Below are positions 1 to 8,609 of a stretch of 20,000 bases of DNA, piece after piece. Position 1 is the first letter of the stretch. Every line of letters starts with the position of its first letter. The stretch is from an uncultured virus (IMG/VR IMGVR_UViG_3300024999_000092) (taxonomy: Duplodnaviria; Heunggongvirae; Uroviricota; Caudoviricetes): the IMG/VR virus record IMGVR_UViG_3300024999_000092; one strand, written 5' to 3'. The translations under genes were made by a program, and so were the position numbers. The notes under the pieces were generated by a model. It was not told the origin of the DNA. It was given only the letters and a program-made list of their open reading frames with translations, and did no database searches.

Positions 1-67
1 CCCAGTCAATGACGAAAAGAACAATACCAGATATTTCCAGAGTCTTATTTGGGTCCGCTATTTTCAT
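1..67 (-). CDS. Hypothetical protein, 5' part only (runs off window)
   Basis: ATG at 67 overlaps the TGA of the upstream Spo0E-like ORF (ATGA). Open frame MKIADPNKTLEISGIVLFVIDW to the window edge. Confidence 0.5.
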   Translation of the reverse strand, partial: MKIADPNKTLEISGIVLFVIDW

Positions 68-225
68 ACCTGCTCCCTCATATACTGCACAATCAACTTA
101 TCCAACTCCTGACTGGCCTTAACTACGTCAGTAGCGGTCAAGTTAAAATCAGTCACGGCATCGTACATTTTTTGTTGCGCTACCTTAATTTGTTGTGATA
201 GTGCTTGTCTTTCCGTATTGGACAT
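64..225 (-). CDS. Spo0E-like aspartyl-phosphate phosphatase (53 aa; not in ORF track)
   Basis: Hand translation MSNTERQALSQQIKVAQQKMYDAVTDFNLTATDVVKASQELDKLIVQYMREQV contains the SQELD signature and has the family's size. GGAGG RBS at 234-238. Confidence 0.85.
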   Translation of the reverse strand: MSNTERQALSQQIKVAQQKMYDAVTDFNLTATDVVKASQELDKLIVQYMREQV

Positions 226-237
226 TTGATCTACCTC

Positions 238-1194
238 CTATTCCACATAATCTAATAATGTAGGTTGTTTCTCTAATTCCTTCTTAACTGCCGCTTCCAT
301 ATTTCCAACACCCTGAGCAAAGTAACTATCCTTCAACTCGATACCGACAAACTTTCTGCCCATTTCAATTGCCTTGTACCCTACCGACATTATGCCACCA
401 AACGGGTCACATACAACGTCACCGGGATTAGACCATAACTGCAAGCACCTTTCAATAACGTCTAACTGTAGAGGGCAAATGTGTCTCTCGTCTGCTTCAT
501 CTCTAGCACTTTTGCGCTGCAATGTGTTGCTTTGGTTAATATCCATCCATACCGGCGAAGCGTATCTCTGCCATATCTGGATTGACTTTTTAACATCGTT
601 GCCCTGTTGTTTATAGTTAAGTACATTCTCGGCATCGTCACCGGCATAATAGGTCAACTCTCCCATAATCGCTTCTGGATTTACCCCTGGTTTTCGCATA
701 ACCACCAAATAATCCGGCACTCCCTGGCGACTCATTGCGCTGTCTTTACATAGTTGCTTATGGAGCAATCCCAATGATTTAGTCCTCTGCATTTCGGTAA
801 CAGGATTTTTCCAAATGGTAACTTTTGAGTGATAGACAAATCCCGCATTTTCAAACATTTTACGAATAACAGCAGGAAAGTCTCTTAATCCGATAATTCC
901 GTCCCTGGATTTTAATAGCGGCAGATCCATACAGTGAATAATACATAACCTGCCCGGCATCATTTTTTGATATAACGAGTTGACCAAGAATCTAAAATGC
1001 TTCATAAACTGCTTAGAATTAGAACTATTACCCATATCCCTTTCGCTGTTTGAATAGCAATATAAGTTTTCAAATGGCGGCGAAAAGATTGAGCAATGAA
1101 TAGAATTGTCCGGCAGACCGTTTATAATTTCTACATTGTCGCCATGATAGATTGAATAATCACGTGTTATTGCCTGTCCTATTACTTTAATCAA
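238..1194 (-). CDS. Site-specific DNA methyltransferase, N4/N6 family (beta order)
   Basis: Catalytic SPPF near the N-terminus, HICPLQ, and SAM-binding DPFGGIMS...GIEL near the C-terminus. Confidence 0.9.
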   Translation of the reverse strand: MIKVIGQAITRDYSIYHGDNVEIINGLPDNSIHCSIFSPPFENLYCYSNSERDMGNSSNSKQFMKHFRFLVNSLYQKMMPGRLCIIHCMDLPLLKSRDGIIGLRDFPAVIRKMFENAGFVYHSKVTIWKNPVTEMQRTKSLGLLHKQLCKDSAMSRQGVPDYLVVMRKPGVNPEAIMGELTYYAGDDAENVLNYKQQGNDVKKSIQIWQRYASPVWMDINQSNTLQRKSARDEADERHICPLQLDVIERCLQLWSNPGDVVCDPFGGIMSVGYKAIEMGRKFVGIELKDSYFAQGVGNMEAAVKKELEKQPTLLDYVE

Positions 1195-1207
1195 TTAGGT
1201 ATCCCCT

Positions 1208-2569
1208 TTACGCTGATTTTAGCCATTCTGGTATTTGCATTATTTCTTGTGGGTCATAGATTGTCGCATCCCTAAGTGTCGCTCTTATATTTTCAGCACA
1301 GATACTTTGTGTAGCGGCAATCATCCCAGACAACATTTCCTGGAATTCCTGCTCTTTACGATTAATGTTTTCAACTACTGCTCCCTCTGCCTCTGAAGTA
1401 ATAACATACACATTAACGGGTTTTGTTTGTCCGAATCTCCAGCAACGGCGCACAGCTTGAAAATACTGCTCGAAAGAATCTGATAATCCGACAAACGCCA
1501 TATTGCTGCATACTTGCATATTAATTCCGAATCCGCATATTGACGCTTTAGAAACAAGTATTGGTATCTCTCCAGCTGAAAACTCGGCTATTGTCTTTTC
1601 CTTATACTCCGGTTTATGACTACCTCTGATTTCTATAGCATCTTGAATAGACTTAGTAAGTTTGTCCGATTCATCATTTAATCCACACCACACCAACCAG
1701 TTTTCTTTTGATTGATTAATCAATTCAGCGGCGGCGGCAACCCTAAAATCAACACTTTCCTTCCGCGCTTTCCTGCGCTCTGTCATAGTTTTCGCTTCCG
1801 GTCCATCCGTCGGTACTACTACTGAATGAATATTTAGCGGTGGCAATTGATACTCTGTATCCTCATATCCCAGGTCAGAAGGGTTCTGTAACATAACAGC
1901 CCATGATGCAACCCAAGTCCAAAACGATTCCCTAACGTGTCCCTTTAGTCGCCATTTAGACGTATCACCACCATCATGCACAAACCACATAGCAAGCATT
2001 TCTGACCGCTTCATCACTCCCAAAAACTCAGCATGGTTACACAACTCCATAATATCGTTTGGTGCAGGAGTGGCGGTACATGCTAGTCGGTAAGGTGTTT
2101 TGCTGAATGATTCTATAATCTGATTCCTTACCTTTCCAGTAAATGACTTCAAAATACTGGATTCATCAAGTACAACCCCAATAAAATGTTCAAGGTTAAA
2201 CTTATGCAACATTTCATAGTTAGTTATGGTGATACCTGGCATAATTTCTTCTTGACTTCGGCAATAATTAACCTCGATACCAAACTTTTCACCTTCGCGA
2301 ACTGTCTGCTGTGCAACCGCTAAAGGTGCTACAATAAGTACGTCGCCTCCGGTATATATACAAACTTTATTTGCATATTCAAGTTGCATAAAGGTTTTGC
2401 CAAGTCCGGTCCCGGCAAATATCGCTGCCCGACCTTTCTGTAGTGACCATCTCACAATATCGCTCTGAAATAATTTTGCGTGAATATTTATATCGTCTGC
2501 CGATACCCTGAAACCTACGCTATCGACAAATAATTTCTTGCTCTCTAAAAACTCTTTATAATCAACCAA
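1208..2569 (-). CDS. SF2/SNF2-like helicase
   Basis: Walker A GTGLGKT, Walker B LDESS, motif III TATP, motif VI QAVRRCWRFGQ. The helicase-methylase pair is common in phages. Confidence 0.9.
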   Translation of the reverse strand: MVDYKEFLESKKLFVDSVGFRVSADDINIHAKLFQSDIVRWSLQKGRAAIFAGTGLGKTFMQLEYANKVCIYTGGDVLIVAPLAVAQQTVREGEKFGIEVNYCRSQEEIMPGITITNYEMLHKFNLEHFIGVVLDESSILKSFTGKVRNQIIESFSKTPYRLACTATPAPNDIMELCNHAEFLGVMKRSEMLAMWFVHDGGDTSKWRLKGHVRESFWTWVASWAVMLQNPSDLGYEDTEYQLPPLNIHSVVVPTDGPEAKTMTERRKARKESVDFRVAAAAELINQSKENWLVWCGLNDESDKLTKSIQDAIEIRGSHKPEYKEKTIAEFSAGEIPILVSKASICGFGINMQVCSNMAFVGLSDSFEQYFQAVRRCWRFGQTKPVNVYVITSEAEGAVVENINRKEQEFQEMLSGMIAATQSICAENIRATLRDATIYDPQEIMQIPEWLKSA

Positions 2570-2614
2570 CTAACTACCTCCCGTTCAAAGTTTCTGTCTA
2601 CCGGATACAGTAGG

Positions 2615-3031
2615 TCAACGTAACCCTAAAGAACTTTCGATAACCTGTCTGCTCTGCTCGGTATGCTGTTCGCCGCCCAAAATCATCGAATGTGCAAGTG
2701 CTAGTGCTTTGCGAAGTTTAGTAATAGTCGCTATGGACAACTTATGCACCTCTAAAGTTTCCTCCATAAGTTTAATATCTTCTGTGCGATGCAATGATAA
2801 TTTGACTACTTCTAAGTTCAACCTCTTAACCTCTGCCTCTGCCGCAATTGCTCGGTTAATTGCCTCTGGCCAACCTTCGCGGGATTCTGATATAAATATT
2901 GCATCTAAGGTGCTATCACATTCCACTACCACTAAATTGTTGGCATCGCTAACAACTAAATCTTCGTTTAGATTCCATGGTCCACGCGCGGCATCTTTAC
3001 AAACCCCTAAATCCTTCTTTAAGTCTCTCAC
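2615..3031 (-). CDS. Phage hypothetical protein (Ead/Ea22-like N-terminus, coiled coil)
   Basis: GPW...DAIFISESREGWPEAINRAIAAEAEVKRL pattern seen in phage accessory proteins. GTG start coupled to the upstream TAG. Confidence 0.5.
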   Translation of the reverse strand: MRDLKKDLGVCKDAARGPWNLNEDLVVSDANNLVVVECDSTLDAIFISESREGWPEAINRAIAAEAEVKRLNLEVVKLSLHRTEDIKLMEETLEVHKLSIATITKLRKALALAHSMILGGEQHTEQSRQVIESSLGLR

Positions 3032-3317
3032 TACACAACCCCCTCAAAGTGTTTTTGAAGGCTTTTCAGGATTTCAGCACCTAAAGTATCTAAATGATTT
3101 TTAATCTCCTGTACGTCCTTCAAATCATTGTTTTCAATGCCATAAAACAGGCAACCGTTTATTACCCCGCCAAGAGAACTATAGAAACCAACTGCGTCCC
3201 ACATCACATAACCCTGCCTGGTTCTGCTGATTTTTTACCAGCAATGCGTTTAGTTTCAAGAATATAATTATGCGGATCAGTTGATACTCTGTAGTCGTCG
3301 TTAATCTCTACTTGCAT
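3031..3317 (-). pseudogene. DUF5405-like phage gene split by a 5-bp duplication (37 aa + 57 aa)
   Basis: ATG 3317 with GGAGG RBS gives MQVEINDDYRVSTDPHNYILETKRIAGKKSAEPGRVM*. MWDAVGFYSSLGGVINGCL...GVV* follows in another frame. Removing one copy of CACATCACAT (3200-3209) restores a 93-aa ORF. Confidence 0.65.
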
Positions 3318-3395
3318 ATTGTACCTCCATTCATACCTAAAATAAATTTACTCGTCTATATGACCTTTTGAGTGCTGTTTCCGGTCATTCTGTGA

Positions 3396-3626
3396 CTAAC
3401 TAGCTACCTCCACATCAGACCAAAGTATATGCTCGTTCAATCCCCTACCGCGAACGCTGCCGTACACGTTTAAATGCGTTCCATCGGGATAGCGGTATAA
3501 GTCCTCGAATACTAACCTAAACGCTCTCTCAATGGGACTGTACTGCTCGATAACACCCCTCATTGCATCGTCGCCGCCAAGCATGGTTAACCTGCCGCTT
3601 TCTACCTCTACTGTTACGAATGGCAT
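3396..3626 (-). CDS. Hypothetical protein
   Basis: 76-aa ORF with GGGAGG RBS, co-oriented with the operon. Confidence 0.6.
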   Translation of the reverse strand: MPFVTVEVESGRLTMLGGDDAMRGVIEQYSPIERAFRLVFEDLYRYPDGTHLNVYGSVRGRGLNEHILWSDVEVAS

Positions 3627-3760
3627 TGCATTTTCCTCCCTCTAACCGCACCCCGTACCCACCGGGCAACCACAGCATTTTTACTTGCCGATATACGCCC
3701 ATCCCGGTATCCGGTGCAGTATATTGTGTTTTTGGTTGGAGGCAGACAACTGCCTCCCCA

Positions 3761-3883
3761 TTAACCTTCCTTATACCATTTTTCTAATTCCGCACATATC
3801 CTGGCAACGTCGGAGATTATTTTGTCTATTCTGGCAATGTCCTCCGGCGTTGCAGGTGCTTCAAACTTTGATAATATAGCCAA
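3761..3883 (-). CDS. Small hypothetical protein (40 aa)
   Basis: TTG directly after the stop of 3884..4903: MAILSKFEAPATPEDIARIDKIISDVARICAELEKWYKEG. Confidence 0.35.
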   Translation of the reverse strand: MAILSKFEAPATPEDIARIDKIISDVARICAELEKWYKEG

Positions 3884-4903
3884 TTAATTAGCATCCTGAG
3901 CGATTAACCACTCATTATAACCTGCTTGACGTTCTTCTACGATGCCTCTCAGTCCTTCAAGGTTGTTATCATTAATAGACTTGATTATCATTTCAACCGC
4001 CTTGTCGTTTGCTTTTTCTAAGGAGTTTGTCTTACCCTTAGATGCTGTCCAAACCAAGACTGTAACCTCGTCATTAGTCAATCCCTTATTTAATCCGGCA
4101 GCATATACAGGATGAATATTCTCTAATTGTTCCTCTGGGTAATTATTACCCTGTGTTGCTAATGCCATTTCCTCGGCAATTTGCTGTTCTTTTGCCCTGT
4201 TTAGCATATCAATAAAGTCCTGCCCTGCCGCTTGAATCTGTAAAACATGCTCAGAGGGAGGTAATGCTTTGCGTTGATGCCGATTAATAAAGTCTGCCAT
4301 AGTCCCTTCAATATCTACCTGCAAGACAAAGACGGTTTTCTTAAACTGCTTACCATCGGTTATAATTGTTCCCTCATGCGGTTCGATTTTTAACTTAAGC
4401 GGAATAAAGGCTATTTTGCCGCCGGTCATGCCACGAATCATATCAAGACTACTGTTAATGTTAACTATCGAATTCCAACCGCCCGTAGTGGTCTGATAAA
4501 CCCTCATACTGCTTACCTTCGGGACAATGTAACTAAGTGTACCTTTCGGCTGGCAACCCTTACACCAAGGATCGTCAAGGTCACATGCTCGCTCAACCAT
4601 TTCCCCATCAATCATTGCGGTTCCGGTTTCTCCGTCGCCTTTACAATGAAGTCCAACCTTACCGTACTTCTTCATGTATTGAGGGAAAATTTGCTCTAAA
4701 TCGTTTACAGGAAAAATAATGTCTAATTCCTTTGGGTCTTGTCCATATATTGCGGCAACTTCCTCCGGTACTTTGAAATGGTCAAGTGCAACCGGATATT
4801 CAACTACTTTGCCGTTACGATTTTCTTTTTGCACCTTCTCACCTATCTTAATCTTGCCTTGTCTCGGTAGACGGCGGCGTTCTGATATTCCCTTAATTGC
4901 CAT
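3884..4903 (-). CDS. Gp3-like / recombination directionality factor-like DNA recombination protein
   Basis: N-terminal RLPRQGKIKIG...YPVALDHF, CKGDGE and C..C..C motifs, TGGWNSIVNI, IPLKLKI. Located in the replication/recombination operon. Confidence 0.7.
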   Translation of the reverse strand: MAIKGISERRRLPRQGKIKIGEKVQKENRNGKVVEYPVALDHFKVPEEVAAIYGQDPKELDIIFPVNDLEQIFPQYMKKYGKVGLHCKGDGETGTAMIDGEMVERACDLDDPWCKGCQPKGTLSYIVPKVSSMRVYQTTTGGWNSIVNINSSLDMIRGMTGGKIAFIPLKLKIEPHEGTIITDGKQFKKTVFVLQVDIEGTMADFINRHQRKALPPSEHVLQIQAAGQDFIDMLNRAKEQQIAEEMALATQGNNYPEEQLENIHPVYAAGLNKGLTNDEVTVLVWTASKGKTNSLEKANDKAVEMIIKSINDNNLEGLRGIVEERQAGYNEWLIAQDAN

Positions 4904-5192
4904 TAATGCAATTCTCCCTTCTTAGTCCAATATACTCCTTTAGTTTGTTATCATTAAATATAATAAAACTGCATGATTCTCTATGTGTTCTAGGTTTTTC
5001 TTTGTTTATATGTCCAACAGGAACATATTTCTGATAGGCAAGGATAGAGTTTTTAAGTAAACGCTTAAACGTGGCATCTTTAGTAATAGCGCATAGCTTT
5101 GTTAGTTTGTCGGCCTTCATGTATGGTTTTGCGCTATTAGACAAAATAACCAATGCCTGCTGATACTCGTTTAGTTTGACGTATTTGCCCAT
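4893..5192 (-). CDS. Hypothetical basic protein
   Basis: 99-aa ORF with GAGGTG RBS, overlapping the next gene. Confidence 0.6.
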   Translation of the reverse strand: MGKYVKLNEYQQALVILSNSAKPYMKADKLTKLCAITKDATFKRLLKNSILAYQKYVPVGHINKEKPRTHRESCSFIIFNDNKLKEYIGLRRENCINGN

Positions 5193-5208
5193 TTAAAACA
5201 TCACCTCA

Positions 5209-5754
5209 CTATCTATTTTCTAAAAATCTACTAGCAAACATATCTGCCCAATGGATAATCATCAACAACTTAGTTTCTCTGCCCGATATTACCCTTCCAT
5301 CCGGCGTATACAGCGCATTGTGATAAAGCACCGAATAATACTCGTCCTCTGTTAAATCTATAAACTTACTTAAAATTAACGCTGAAACTGTCTGGTGTGG
5401 TATCGGCAACCTGTCTGGATTGGTTGTATAAGGTTTGCTTCCCGATACTTTGCCGCCTTTTAGTAGATTAGGTATATAGTTAGGTTTATCTAAAAACTGC
5501 GCCTTGCCTAAGTCATGGAATAGTCCGGCAATAATAACTGACTCTCTCGGTAGTTCCGGTGCTAATGTGTCCCTGAGTTTTAATGCTGTCTCGGTAACAA
5601 GAATACTGTGTTTAAAGTTTCCTGATTCCTCTGCACCGTGATATTGACTTGAACTTGGACAGGTAAAGTAGTGGTTGTTTTTTAAGTAGTTTAATAGGTT
5701 GCCTTTGCCTTCCCGGTTAATCTCAGCAAATAGCGTGTTAAATTTCTCCCTCAA
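5209..5754 (-). CDS. HD-domain hydrolase
   Basis: PSSSQYHG...KHS, LFHDLGK, H, YH and HWADM metal-binding motifs. Confidence 0.85.
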   Translation of the reverse strand: MREKFNTLFAEINREGKGNLLNYLKNNHYFTCPSSSQYHGAEESGNFKHSILVTETALKLRDTLAPELPRESVIIAGLFHDLGKAQFLDKPNYIPNLLKGGKVSGSKPYTTNPDRLPIPHQTVSALILSKFIDLTEDEYYSVLYHNALYTPDGRVISGRETKLLMIIHWADMFASRFLENR

Positions 5755-5756
5755 AG

Positions 5757-6092
5757 TTAACCCTCCTTAATTTCGTGAACATTTCCAATTACCTCAACCT
5801 CTTGACCAAAAGGATAATATTCTCCGCTTGATTTTAACCATCTTAGATGCCATCCATAGTTATAAAATGATACAACGGCAGTTAACCCAGCTTTACTTTT
5901 AACAATATCGCCCTCATAGATTTCCTTGCCGTGTTTATCCGTCAATCCGGTAAACTGCATATGCAAACCAGCATCAGCATTGGGCGCAAAAATATTTCCA
6001 AAATAACCTCTTTTATATGCCTTGCCGTCAACAACAACGACATTTTGGTGCATTTCTTTGCCGTCCCATGCTCTAAACTTAATATCTCTCAA
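5757..6092 (-). CDS. YopX family protein
   Basis: MRDIKFRAWD...MQFTGLTDKHGKEIYEGDIV...EVIGNVHE. Confidence 0.9.
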   Translation of the reverse strand: MRDIKFRAWDGKEMHQNVVVVDGKAYKRGYFGNIFAPNADAGLHMQFTGLTDKHGKEIYEGDIVKSKAGLTAVVSFYNYGWHLRWLKSSGEYYPFGQEVEVIGNVHEIKEG

Positions 6093-6104
6093 AGTTAATC
6101 CTCC

Positions 6105-6413
6105 TTAACTTGTTTGTGGTTCTGGTTTAAACCAATCACACGTTGTTCCTGTGCACTCAACCTTTCCTGGACACTTACTGTTTTTTAAGAGAAGACAAGT
6201 GCAAATTTCATCACGATCCAAGCAGTGCAGGCAACATCTTGGTTCGATAATCAAGTTGCAACCAATAACATCAAACCATATGCCTTTTTTAAATTTTAAG
6301 CATAGTTTATTTATGGCACTTAATGGATTTTTAGCTATTACAGATTCCCTATTCATCCTGTCTGGAAATAAATACACATTTACTATATATAATTTTTTCA
6401 ATATTAATCTCAC
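6105..6413 (-). CDS. Cys-rich hypothetical protein
   Basis: 102-aa ORF in the operon with a Cys-rich C-terminus (CCLHC...C.C...C...C...CDWF). Confidence 0.5.
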   Translation of the reverse strand: MRLILKKLYIVNVYLFPDRMNRESVIAKNPLSAINKLCLKFKKGIWFDVIGCNLIIEPRCCLHCLDRDEICTCLLLKNSKCPGKVECTGTTCDWFKPEPQTS

Positions 6414-6476
6414 CTCAAAATGGTATTACGTCCGGCTCACTCTCCACCGCCTCAAAACAATCCAAATTAGGACACA

Positions 6477-6755
6477 TCAGGCGGTAGTCTTGCGTTTCCC
6501 TCTCGACCAAAATCCCCGCAACCACTTCCATGTCGGTGCCGGGGACAGCAACTTCCACCATTTCACTTCCGCAGCGTTCACACATGGACATTTGAACGAC
6601 TCCCTTGCATATTCATCCGGCACACTCGCTTGCTCCAAGCAGTACGCCGACACTCTTTCAAGTGTTTCTGCGACTAATACTGCTTGTCCGTTGCGGATAC
6701 TCTGCGCCCATGATGCGGAGTGTTTTGCTAATTGTGCGTAGTCGTTTGTGTTCAT
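6477..6755 (-). CDS. Hypothetical protein
   Basis: 92-aa ORF with ATGA overlap to the upstream gene. Confidence 0.55.
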   Translation of the reverse strand: MNTNDYAQLAKHSASWAQSIRNGQAVLVAETLERVSAYCLEQASVPDEYARESFKCPCVNAAEVKWWKLLSPAPTWKWLRGFWSRGKRKTTA

Positions 6756-6958
6756 GCTTTTTTATTGGTGATTAGGGTTAATTCTTCTTGCAGAAAACAC
6801 CTTTCAAGTCCATCCCAAGTCGCTACCATATTGTCTAATTTAACGTCACATAACTGCTGAAAATGTCCGTCATAAGTACATATAACAGTACCTTTGATGT
6901 TTACTATATCCATATCAGGTTCATTAACAATAACCCGATCCCACTCTTTAAACTTCAT
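6752..6958 (-). CDS. Small SH3/KOW-like hypothetical protein
   Basis: Likely ATG at 6958 after GGAGG. MKFKEWDRVIV...GTVI...CDVKLD...FLQEELTLI pattern. Confidence 0.6.
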   Translation of the reverse strand: MKFKEWDRVIVNEPDMDIVNIKGTVICTYDGHFQQLCDVKLDNMVATWDGLERCFLQEELTLITNKKA

Positions 6959-6959
6959 C

Positions 6960-7142
6960 CTACTTGTCCTCCTTCGCCTCCTCAAAAGCATAGCAAGTTG
7001 TAGATTGTGCTGCTTTTATAGCATTAAAATTTACTCCGCTATCAGTACATTTCCAATAACCTTTTAATTGCAGACAAAACTTGCAATCATTACACGTTTT
7101 TTCAATTGGTATAGATACGCCCACTTTAATTCCCACCACCAA
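6960..7142 (-). CDS. Small Cys-rich protein
   Basis: CNDCKFC...WKC...TCYAF, in the operon. Confidence 0.55.
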   Translation of the reverse strand: MVVGIKVGVSIPIEKTCNDCKFCLQLKGYWKCTDSGVNFNAIKAAQSTTCYAFEEAKEDK

Positions 7143-7145
7143 ATT

Positions 7146-7403
7146 TTAACTTAAATTTACGGCACGACTACGTGCAGGTGACAGTAAAAACATTAAACAG
7201 TTATAGTTAATCCAGTTATCGTCGGCAAAGTTATCTCCAAGTAATCTTTCCCCGCCTTGCGGCCAATCAGGATTAAAATACTTAATATGACTATCGCAAG
7301 CACCTATAATTAAAATAGGCTTATCAGTAAAACTTCTATCTCCTGTTTGTGCCGCACACTTAGTTCTTACGGCTAATTTGCCTATAAGTTGTTCTGCTCT
7401 CAC
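7146..7403 (-). CDS. Hypothetical protein
   Basis: 85-aa ORF with GTG start and GGGAGG RBS. Confidence 0.65.
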   Translation of the reverse strand: MRAEQLIGKLAVRTKCAAQTGDRSFTDKPILIIGACDSHIKYFNPDWPQGGERLLGDNFADDNWINYNCLMFLLSPARSRAVNLS

Positions 7404-7466
7404 GGTATCTACCTCCCTAAAAACTTTTTAAAAAATTTTCATAATCATTGCCGCATATACATATCA

Positions 7467-7700
7467 TTAATTAAGTAAATCGGAACTGGATTCAGTTTCT
7501 ATCATCAGATCAATAACATCACAATTCAAAGCGGCAGCAATACGCTGTAACGTATTGAGGCCAGGGTTAAGATTTTCTCCAACTTCTAAAAGACTAATTT
7601 TTTGTTGGGTAATGCCGGTTGCTTCGCTGAGTTCTCTTTGTAATAATCCCTGTTGTTTACGTCTCTTAGCAATATTTAACCCAACACGTTTCAAATCCAA
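7467..7700 (-). CDS. Cro-like XRE helix-turn-helix regulator
   Basis: IAKRRKQQGLLQRELSEATGITQQKISLLEVGENLNPGLNTLQRIAAALNC. First gene of the leftward operon, AAGGAGG RBS. Confidence 0.9.
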   Translation of the reverse strand: MDLKRVGLNIAKRRKQQGLLQRELSEATGITQQKISLLEVGENLNPGLNTLQRIAAALNCDVIDLMIETESSSDLLN

Positions 7701-7726
7701 ACTGTTTGTCCTCCTTTCAGGGTAAT

Positions 7727-7873
7727 AATACTGGAAACAGTATTTCTATGCAAAAAATTAAAACCGTTTTTCTATTACTATTATACACCTTTTACGGTGT
7801 ATGTCAACTGTATTAAGTAAATTTTTCTGTTAAATTGTCGTTGCCAAAAAATAATCTATATACTGAATTAAGT
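7727..7873. promoter_or_regulatory. CI/Cro switch region with sigma-A promoter and 12-bp operators
   Basis: Minus-strand TTGACA(7807-7802)-16bp-TATAAT(7785-7780). Operator-like ACTGGAAACAGT 7730-7741, ACCTTTTACGGT 7787-7798, ACTGTATTAAGT 7807-7818, ACTGAATTAAGT 7862-7873. Confidence 0.75.
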
Positions 7874-7910
7874 AAGGGCAATATAATCAATACATAAGGG
7901 AGGGTGTCTG

Positions 7911-8315
7911 ATGGAGATTAAAGACAAACTGTATAATTTGAGGAATAACCGAGGTTTAAGCATGGATGATCTATCTCTAAAAACTATCACAAGCGAGTGT
8001 CCGAAGGCCGTATCAACCAACACCATTGCGGAAATTGAAAGCGGAAAAAGACAAAGTCCCGGAATAAAAGTGATCGAAAGACTTACTACCGCACTTAATG
8101 TATCACCTATGTACTTCTTTAGTGAAAACGCTCGTACTGTTTTTGACATTTCCGAGGTTAACGAGGTATTGACCGATGAAATTAAGCAAATGCTACTTGA
8201 TAAGGAAACCTTGCCATACCTGTTACTGGCTAAAAAGGCGTACACTGACCAAATACCGCCTGATATTGTCGAAGAATTACTGAAAACCATAACAAAGGTA
8301 AGAAATATGCAATAA
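7911..8315 (+). CDS. CI-like XRE family repressor (no S24 peptidase domain)
   Basis: LYNLRNNRGLSMDDLS...TIAEIESGKRQSPGIKVIERLTTALNVSPMYFF. Divergent from cro, 134 aa. Confidence 0.85.
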   Translation: MEIKDKLYNLRNNRGLSMDDLSLKTITSECPKAVSTNTIAEIESGKRQSPGIKVIERLTTALNVSPMYFFSENARTVFDISEVNEVLTDEIKQMLLDKETLPYLLLAKKAYTDQIPPDIVEELLKTITKVRNMQ

Positions 8316-8344
8316 CTTTGTCGAAATTACGGGAAAATATTACC

Positions 8345-8399
8345 TTGAAAATTACGGACACTCAGCGTATTATTATGTGTAGCATAAAACAAGTGTTCG
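8345..8399 (+). promoter_or_regulatory. Sigma-A promoter with downstream LexA (Cheo) box
   Basis: TTGAAA(8345)-17bp-TATTAT(8368). AAAC-AAGT-GTTCG at 8387-8399 (reverse CGAACACTTGTTT). Confidence 0.6.
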
Positions 8400-8409
8400 C
8401 AGAAGGGGG

Positions 8410-8607
8410 ATGGGCATTATAGATATAGCAGACTTTGGCGGTTTTTTCCATTGTGTAGTTGACGGTAAAAACATAACTATCGACCAAAACATTACCCAAA
8501 AAGGAATTAAACAGGTTAATAAGATATTAACGTATAGTCAGGCGAAGCAGGATGTGTCCCTGGTTGATGCCAGGGAAGAATATGCCTGCGCCGGGTCAGC
8601 GAGATAA
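8410..8607 (+). CDS. Small hypothetical protein, candidate SOS-induced antirepressor
   Basis: 65-aa ORF with its own promoter, LexA-like box and terminator. The function is an inference. Confidence 0.55.
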   Translation: MGIIDIADFGGFFHCVVDGKNITIDQNITQKGIKQVNKILTYSQAKQDVSLVDAREEYACAGSAR

Positions 8608-8609
8608 AC

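Noticed and set aside
374..4925. Short alternative-frame or antisense ORFs (374, 462, 1375, 2709, 3563, 3685, 4537, 4719)
   Set aside because: They are nested in, or antisense to, better-supported minus-strand genes.
6151..6741. 196-aa plus-strand ORF
   Set aside because: It is an antisense shadow of two coupled minus-strand genes, with no RBS or recognisable motif.
7868..8290. 140-aa minus-strand ORF
   Set aside because: It is antisense to the clear XRE repressor.
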